Source of the DNA: the human T2T-CHM13v2.0 reference genome, Homo sapiens
Length of the DNA stretch: 64,000 nt
Strand: one strand, 5' to 3'
Assembly (NCBI RefSeq): GCF_009914755.1
Contig: NC_060942.1
The translations under genes and the position numbers were made by a program. Position 1 is the first letter of the stretch; each line of letters begins with the position of its first letter. The notes under the pieces are model-generated. The model made no database searches and was not told the origin of the DNA. It was given only the letters and a program-made list of their open reading frames with translations. This document shows, in pieces, positions 55,591 through 64,000 of the stretch.

Positions 55591-55950
55591 TACTGGGATC
55601 TGAATGTTTGTGTCATCCCAAAACTCCTAAGTTGAAATCCTAATCCCCAAGGTAACAGTATTAGGAGGTAGGGGCTTGTGGGAGGTGATTAGATCATAAT
55701 GGCAGAACCTTCATGAATGGGATTTGTTCCCATAAAGAAACTGCAGAAAGCTAGCTAGTCCCTTCCACCATTTGAAAACACAACAAGAAGACACCACCTA
55801 CGAACAGAAAGTGGTCTTCACCAATATTGAATCTATTGGTGCCTTGATCTTGGACTTCCAGCCTCCGGAACTCTGATAAATAAATTTCTGTTGTTTATAA
55901 GCCAACCAGTCTATGGTATTTTGTTATGGCAGCTTGAGTTAACTAAGACA
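55591..55950 (+). mobile_element. MLT1A0-like MaLR solo LTR
   Basis: ctgaatgtttgtgtc..aatccccaaggtaacagtattaggagg..gccttgatcttggacttcc..ctaagaca. Confidence 0.92.
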
Positions 55951-56169
55951 AATTGATGCATTAAATTCCTAAATTTTAGCCAATGGAGACCTATACTTTA
56001 GTTCAAAGTTTGCTTTCTGTTTGTAAATCAAGCTTATCTCTCTCTCCAAATAAACACCATAATAGGTATTTAGTTATATTGGGAAGGTTTGAATACTATA
56101 AAAGCCAGAAGAGGGTACTAGGAATCAGAGCAAAAGAGGGAAAGAGAGAACCAACAAAGAGAAGAGGCA

Positions 56170-56464
56170 GGCCGAGTGCAGTGGCTCAGGCCTGGAATCC
56201 TAGCACTTTGGGAGGCCGAGGCGGGCAGATGACAAGGTCAGGAGTTCAAGACCAGGCTGATCAACAAGGTGAAACCTCGTCTCTACTAAAAATACAAAAA
56301 AAATTAGCTGGGCATGGTGGCACGCAGCTGTAATTCCAGCTACTCAGGATGCTGAGGCAGGAGAATCACTTGAACCCTAGAGGTAGAGGTTGCAGTGAGC
56401 CAAGATCACGCCACTGCCCTCCAGTCTGGGTGACAGAGCAAGACCCCATCTAAAAAAAAAAAAA
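56170..56464 (+). mobile_element. AluS (Sg-like)
   Basis: Full dimer with A-tail; TSD-like agagaagaggca / agagaaggggca. Confidence 0.95.
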
Positions 56465-56864
56465 GAAAGAGAGAAGGGGCAGAGGGAGAGCAGAGAAATA
56501 GAGAAATAGGAAGGAAGTTGGGAGCAACTGAGGTCATGTTATCTCCTGTATTAGTTGGAGGCTAGTCATAGAGCTAAGGTCTGTAACCAAACCTGGGACT
56601 AGAAGGTGATGACTATCTGGTTGTCACAGATCTGTGTCCATCACATAAAATGATTTGATGTGAGAGATAAAACAAATTACCAAGTGGATATATTCCTCCA
56701 TCAATGTATCTTTATTGAGCATTTAGTTTGTACTTATTTTTATATGAGACACGGAATGGAAGCAGAGATAACAAAGATGGAAATTCTTGCTCTTGCAATA
56801 TGCTTGTGAGAGACTCATTCACATAACATAAGCAAGCAATGTCATGCTAAGAGCTTGAAATTGG

Positions 56865-57170
56865 AGTTTTTACACTGCGGAAATTGGCAAATGCCACTAA
56901 TCACAGTTTGAGCTACTCTGTTCATTGTCATGACATAGGAAAGTTATGAAGAGAGTGTTAATAATATAGATTAAACTTAAAAGTTTACTTTGTCAGTAGC
57001 CATTACATTGTGAATAATACAATGAAATTAAGAAAACATACTTCCATATTTGAAAACAATTATCCAATAGACCAAAGAAGTCACACACATCACACTGACA
57101 AACAAGTGAAGTTCCAACATACATTTTAATAACATTGCTGTTGTATTACTTTATGATTACTGTAAAAAAC
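56865..57170. mobile_element. MER63-like hAT-Blackjack fragment
   Basis: gaaattggcaaa..agattaaacttaaaag..gtagccattacattgtgaata..caaagaagtc..agtgaagttcc. Confidence 0.7.
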
Positions 57171-57177
57171 GAATGAC

Positions 57178-57500
57178 AATGACCCACAGGCCACATCCAG
57201 CCTGCTGGCTGGCTTTGTACAGCTTGAGAGCTCAGAATGGTTCTTACATTTTTAAATGGCTGAAAATAAAGTACAAAGTGAAATAAGATGAAAAGAAAAA
57301 TATTTCGTGACACATAAAAATTTTATGAAATTCAGATTTTAGTGTCTATAAATAAAGTTTTATTGAAACATCACCATGTTCATTCATTTGCATATTGTCT
57401 ATGCCTGATTTCAGGTTGCAATGGTGAGTTGAATAGCTATGACAGAGAATATATGACCACAAGGCCTAAAATATTTATGCCCTTTATAGAAAAAGTAATA
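57178..57500. mobile_element. MER58B-like hAT-Charlie MITE
   Basis: cccacaggccacatccagcc..ataaataaagttttattgaaaca..aaggcctaaaatattta. Confidence 0.85.
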
Positions 57501-57559
57501 CGGGCTTTTGTTCCTATTTGGTAGTGGTTGGTGACACTATCCTCTTCTTACCACTCTAC

Positions 57560-58600
57560 ACAATTCCATTTGCCTGGCTCCCCAAGCAGCTTTTGAAATT
57601 CACAAGGTTTGGAACCTGATGTGTTCACCCCATTTGCTCAGGATCAGGGACAAAGAGCCCCCCATCACAGGCATTGAGCACTTCAAGAATAAATGGTAGC
57701 ACATTTAGATGAGAAAATTTGCACCCATTTTAATTCCATATTCCACACAAAGGTGGTTTTAGCTATTAGAGGGCTTAACATTCCGCTTCCCAATGTAACG
57801 ATTTTCATAACTTATGCTTCTATTTTTCTTGGATTAATACTGACCACATTCGAACAGGCAAATGGGTAACAAATTAGCTTGAATTCTTTACAGTCAGGAT
57901 TTGCTCTGTGTCTTGATACGCCTTTCTTAATCTTCCCTTTGAAACATGTTTTCTCATTTAGGCCAGAAGTAAATAGCACAAGTAACAGGGTGGTTTTCTC
58001 CCCCCTTCTTTTCTCTCTCCTTGAAAAATACTGCTGAAGGAATTGTTCTGCAGTTGAAAATTAATGTAACCTATTATGTCCAGGAAATTTCTTCAATATA
58101 TTACTTGCCAAGCCCCTCGGCCGTTGTGAAGAAAATAATTTTAATTTATCTCATTTTTCACTGCTGAGTCAATGATTGTTTAACCTAAAATGCCATTGTG
58201 ACTAAGTGCTCAAACCCCATGGTCCTTGGCCATTTCACTGGGACTCTGCTATTATGTTCCTAAGCCTGGGCCTTAGAAGCACCAAAATTGTCATATTAAA
58301 AGAGCTGCTGTCAACTTGCTTTTGTTTTTATTGTTTTTAATTTCTGCTTTTCCATTTTCTCTGCTATTTATAATGTTCTCTTTAAAAGTTCAAAAATAAC
58401 ATCTCTCTCCTTAGCTTCTTGGTTATTTTCCATCAGTGTTTCCCAGCTTCCAGCACCTTTCCTAGGGCACAGAGCAATATGGTCAGCTTGGGTTAATTTG
58501 GCTGTTGTGATTTTAATCCCCCTTGTGATTTCTATGCAGTTTTACTCGCTAAGACCAGGCCAGCACCCAAGGGAATACAGGACCATGGCGATTACGTAGA
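57560..58600. promoter_or_regulatory. Candidate enhancer with ARE/AP-1 site
   Basis: TGCTGAGTCA at 58162-58171 in ~1 kb with no recognisable repeat; motif evidence only. Confidence 0.3.
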
Positions 58601-58829
58601 AAAGTCTTTCAAATCATTGGCAGGTTTGGCAAAAAGATTCCATATCAAATAAAATCTAGTATAATTTTTAAATCCTCTTACGACCACATACTTACTTTCT
58701 TCATATTTACCTTCCTAGAGAAAAGCCAATTCACTATCTCCTTATGTTTTTTAATCACGGATTTTAAAATTTTATTTATTTATTTATTTATTTTTGTGCA
58801 TTCCTGCCCACATTGTAGCAAAAGTGTGA

Positions 58830-59360
58830 TGTCACAGCATAGGTTCCCAGAAAAGCAGACTCTGGACAAAGGCTTCTAGGTGATTATGCTGCTTGCTGAG
58901 TGTGAGTCCAGAGAACAGAAGTAAGGAATCATGAGGAATAGACGACATGGAAAGAAAGTCAAATAAAGGGAAACATTACCAGCTGGCCACTGCTGTAGGT
59001 AACTGGTTGCTCTATTTTATGAAGATGTATTTCAGGACCATTTCTCTGGGGCCAAAGAGGAGAAAGAACTTTCTACTTGTTTCTGTCTTTCAATGGTCAT
59101 AGTTCACCTCATGAGTTGTTAACTGCCTTGGTCTTTTGGAATATGCATGCCTAGACTGCAAGCTGAGTGGGTTCCTATGGCTTCCCACATGGTGCCAACA
59201 GAGACACTCCTTGGTGGGAGGCAAGAAACGAAATCAGTTGCTCAGGTGGTACTGGCAGGAAGTTTCATAGAGCTAGCAGAACTGATCATTGCAGCAGCAG
59301 CTGAAAAAGGAGATAGATGAGGGTGAGAGATTCTGAAATGATGAATAAGAAGCACCCAAT
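58830..59360 (-). mobile_element. LTR33-like ERVL LTR
   Basis: ggttcccagaaaagcagactctggacaaagg..ctggccactgctgtaggtaactgg. Confidence 0.65.
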
Positions 59361-59859
59361 GTATTTATTTAAATTCAGAAAAGACATTTTAATCCACATT
59401 TTACATAGGAGAAGACAGAATTCCAGAGGACTGAAGCTGCTTGTCCAGAGACAGAGTTAATGAAGGCTTCCTCACTCCAGTCTGTTCATATTCCATGAGG
59501 TCACAATGTATGCATCAGCATGTGTGCTTGGTGGTCCCAGGTCTCAAACATTTCCTGCCATCCTGTAACACATTACAGAACCTGGAACAATATCTCCTAA
59601 TGTCATTCTGAAAAGAAGGAGGAACTGTCTCTAAATCACCCCAAATTGCATGATTTGTACAGAATGCAGACTACACAGAAATATATATGCCTCTATTATT
59701 CAAGATTCTCCTTAAACAATAGGAAATGAGGAAATTCTGGTGGTTTGGAAAATGTCATTTACTCATTTAAGCCACTGGGGGGACTGCTGATAAATTGCTA
59801 CTTGATTTGTGTGCAGTGTTTCTTTGTCTGCTTATAAGGCCTATTTTAGTCGCTGGAAA

Positions 59860-60420
59860 TGGTTATTCAATCAGCCAATATTTGGACAAGTGTACACTGT
59901 ATTCAAGGTGATAAAATGGGTTCTGTAGAGGATAATAGTGCTAAAACACAACCTTTCCTTCAAAGGGTTTATAATCTAATAAGAGAACAAGGAACATAAG
60001 GCAGGACTGATTGTTAATGATTATAGTAAGTTGTCTAGATAGTGGTACAAAGTGCTATGAAACTCCAATAGTAATTAATTCCAACTCAGAGTATAGAAGA
60101 AAGTTGAAGAAGAATGCTACATGTAAATGTGTCCTCAAAGGATGAGCAGAATTTCAATAGAAATGGGGTGGTGAAAGTTTACCAGCACCCCAAACAAGGA
60201 GCTCTGAAACTGTATAAAAATACCTAGACGGATTAGAGTCTGAGGTGGCTGCATGGGTAAAGAGAAGATAGATGTAGAGAAATAGCAAAAAATGAGAAAG
60301 TTGGAGAGTTTCTCTGGGGTCAGCTCAATGAAAGCTTGAATGCTTATTCACCAAAAAAAAAAAAAAAAAAGCAAAACTTGGATTACATACCATTGAAAAT
60401 GGGAGCAGAAAAATTTATGG
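59860..60420 (-). mobile_element. L2 3' region
   Basis: ttattcaatcagccaatattt..cctcaaaggatgagcagaattt..aaagcttgaatgc. Confidence 0.7.
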
Positions 60421-62929
60421 TGTTTTAGCACTCAAGGTGCAGTGTGGTGTTGGAAGACCAAAAATATTGTCCACATACTTGTGGTCTGATGCCTTGATGG
60501 CTTCTAGCCAGCACAGGTGGCTGGGAGTTAAACACCTGCGCATACCGTGACTGCCTTTCAACCACCAGAAACAGCTTACATGGGGCTCTTTATACCTAAG
60601 GCACCTCAGGTGCTCCAGTTCCTCCACATAAAAGTTGAGCCTTCCTATGTGGACAGCTGGGTCTCCACTAAGTGGTAAGAATCTAAGGACCAACTGCCTT
60701 CTTAGCAATTTATAAAAAGAGCTTGATTCACAGGTAGATTTCCATGACTGCTGCAGGTCTTTCCTCTTTCACCATGAGAACTTTTGAAGCTTTTCACGTG
60801 TGCCAGATGCTGGGATTTTATCCCAAGGTAAGCAACCAGAAAGCAAGTTGACCTTTCCTTGAAAGAAGAGCTCTCCTCATAGACATCAGAAAAAAATATT
60901 TTTGCAAAACTCTATTCAACTATTGAGCAAACACTTGAATCTTTTAACCTTATGGAAACTCTTATGTCTCAAGGAACCTCAGCCAGTGCCAGCTTGCTGT
61001 CCCAAGAAAAGTCAAACTAATTTTTCTGCACATTACTCAGCTACATTTCAACTCCCCTCATATTATTGCCATTGCCAGACTTCTCTATGCAGCTTTCAAC
61101 CTGGTTCTTCCTTTCCACTTTTTCCACCTCACCCTCTTGGAATGTCCTTGCTTTGTGAGCAAACATGTTTATATTTTCAGCATTGTCACAAAACAGTGCC
61201 TCTTCATGCTCTTCTTAGTTGTGAAAAGATTGTCTCAAATACAATATTTTCCAAACATTCCAGGAGGTTGACTTCTTTGTCCAGGGCAGAGCTTAGTCAT
61301 CTGTATATATAAACAGCATCATATATCTAACAAGTGCCTCAAGGTGATACTTGTGACCCAGGAGGTTTGGGAAATGCTGATGTGGATTTGTCAAACCTCA
61401 AGTAGAAGCTGCCATTTTCTCCAGATCACAAGCCCTGTAAGTGCCCCATTGCCATGTCCAGACCAGTATTCTTTCACTTTTATGCAAAAAAAAAAAAAAA
61501 AATCAACACAAAAATCCTTCTTTGAGGTTTTAGCCACCATATGTACAAGCTTTAATGTTTTCTAAAGAATGCCCATGCATTCATCCACATTCAGCGAAGA
61601 CTTTGGAACCTGGTTCCATTCTTCTTCCATAACACATCATAATTAATCACTAAAATATCCACTTGGTATATCCAGTGGAGAGACCTTTGCTTTCATAGGT
61701 CCTTTTTCCCATAAACCCCAGAGTTCTTCCTCTTCCATACATGTCTCCCTAATCTCTTTTAGACAAGCAAGTGTGGGCCATGGGTGGTGAATAGCACTGG
61801 GATATTGAGAATAAGAATTTTGAGAATAAATTCGATCAAAAAGATCAATGATACATGCAGTTTCAAAGACACAACATGATAAAGTAACAAAGAATGCTCA
61901 TATCCTAAAAGAAATAGCTAAACAAAAATAAAGATTCCAGTGAAAAGAGAGAAAAAGGCAAAACCTGAAAGACTCACTAGAGCTAATTTGTGACAAGACC
62001 TTGTTCCTGCAGCTCTGGGGTGGAAATGCCCCATGGGTGTGAGAGTGAAGATTGAGAGGGACCACTTCACAAATGTACTCCCACAGCTACACTCTGAAGC
62101 ACCCTTAAGAGCCTGGTGTCCGAGATCTTACAGCCCAATGTGCCAAGTCCTTCTTACAACCCCCAACTTTCCCTTTTTCACTTTAAAGCATTTCACCTGA
62201 ATAAACTCAACAGTCTCTCGTCCCCCATTTCCCGTATACCTCATGGTTTCATTTTTCATTTCCTTGCCTGCTGAGCCCAGAACTAATGATGAGTAACTTT
62301 AACCAATTTATTGCCAGAGCCTCAAGCATTTCCTCTTTCTTCTGCAAATTCCAAATCTTGGATCAATCAACCATCTGCCTACACCCTGGCTATTGTGGGA
62401 TACTGAAAGAAAGCGCATTATTGTGCAAAAATTACAAGATTGCATAAAATGAGCATTTAGGAGAGTGGGAGAGGACCATAAGTAAGTTAAGTACAGGTTA
62501 CTTAAAGCATTTTCTATGTCAAGGATCCAGGTTATTCTTTCTGTAAATAATTACAGTGAATCTGGAAGGCAGGAGGCAGGACCTGGAGAGTGGGAGGGGA
62601 GAGTTAAGAGTCAACAATCAACCACTCTGAGTCATAAAATCAGAAAGGCATTGAACATTTAGAAGGAGAACTGGCCCCATAAAGAAAACAATGCCTCTTA
62701 GTAAGCATATTATCTGCAACAAAGCAAAACAAATTTGCAAGCATCTTATTGAAACTGCTAGGGAGGGAAATCATGAATAGTTTCTGTGGAGCAAGAGATG
62801 GAGAATGAAAATTAATAATACAGTGCCTGTTATTACTAATTTGAGATGTGTAAAATGCCACGTATATGACCTTTATTTATTGCATTGTTGCATTTTTCTT
62901 GGTTTTGGTCAACATAACCTGATTGAGAA

Positions 62930-63295
62930 GGTGAGGAACATGGCAGTTGAAGGCCTGGGCTTTGCAGCAAGATAGCCAGGGTTTAATTCTCAGCTCTGTC
63001 ACTCATTATCTGCCTGGGCTCTGGCAAGATTCTGAATCACTGTATACCTCAATTTTCTCGTTTAAGAGTAAAGACTTCTATTATTATTTCTCAGAGTATT
63101 ACATCGAGCTTACTATATGGTTCATGTATGTTCTAAGGCTTTTACAAATTTTAACACATTTCATCTTCACAGCAGTCCTAGCAGATGGGTACTATTTCAC
63201 AGAAAATTGAGGCACAACAGGTGAATGACTTACACAAGGTCACCCAGCTAGAGGATGGCAGTGTCAGGTTTCCAACCCTGGCAGTGTGACTCCAC
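62930..63295. mobile_element. Two abutting MIRs in opposite orientation (+ ~62930-63100, - ~63100-63295)
   Basis: gggtttaattctcagctctgtcact..acctcaattttctc, then ttcacagaaaattgaggcac..tgacttacacaaggtcacccagctag. Confidence 0.75.
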
Positions 63296-64000
63296 TGCTT
63301 TTATACAGGATGCCCTCCCTCCACCTCTTTTCCTACAAAGTATTGGAGGTAAGGGATGATAGATGAGCTCACAATATTGGCCCATTGCAATCAGGCATCA
63401 CCACCCCACACCACACCTCCCCCTCCCCACTACCCCTTGTCATTTGAAGGTCTTCAGGGAAGCTGGGCAGTGACAGTGAGATCAGCAGCCTTGTCTTGTA
63501 ATGCTCTTTTTCGAAGTGTATTGGGGAATGAAGGGGGTAAAAGGAGGCAGGTGTGGTGTAAGTCATGGTATTATTTCTTATGCAGTAAATCATAAACATA
63601 GTTTTCATTGAGAATAAGGAGCAAGAGGAAATTAAAGGACTTCACAGCCAAAAGACTAAGAGAGTAATTAATGGAGAAAGGTCCCAGAGGAAGCAAAAAA
63701 AAAAAAACTCAACAACATAGATTTAAGAATATACAAAATATAAGGTTCACCCTGCAAAGGTCTGAGAACACCAGGGATGTGAAAAAATATACATAAGTTT
63801 GGAGAACAATGGAAGGTAAATTGAATTATTTCAGTCGAATTGACCTTTCATTACTCAATAAATATTTGTTGAGCCAATGAATAATGTGTTTGTGATCCTA
63901 TACGGAAAAACTATGCCTTTTTAACTTCTGTAGTATCCTTAACATAGTTCTCTAGAATTTGACACTTAATTAGTACCTTTGGATAAGGCTGCTGCTGCTT

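Overview
AT-rich, CpG-depleted primate (human-like) intergenic or deep-intronic DNA. There is no CpG island, credible protein-coding gene, RNA gene, CRISPR array or prokaryotic system. Much of the window is decayed transposable elements: 8 Alus, a 5'-truncated L1PA-type LINE with TSDs, old L1M/L2/MIR/CR1 copies, MaLR and ERVL LTRs, a deleted two-LTR ERV3-16A3-like provirus with a recognisable RT remnant, and Tigger/hAT DNA-transposon fossils. Subfamily names come from recalled consensus sequences, not from a search. The most unusual signal is at 3.8-17.4 kb: four locally templated copy events (28, 60, ~100 and ~460 bp). Each has its donor 1-2.5 kb away, is roughly 80-90% identical to it by hand alignment, and shows microhomology or iterated-synthesis junctions. 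A patch of nested snap-back hairpins lies next to one of them. This reads as a fossil cluster of template-switch or polymerase-theta-type repair. Several repeat-poor, motif-rich stretches are candidate enhancers, and one stretch resembles a cryptic exon.
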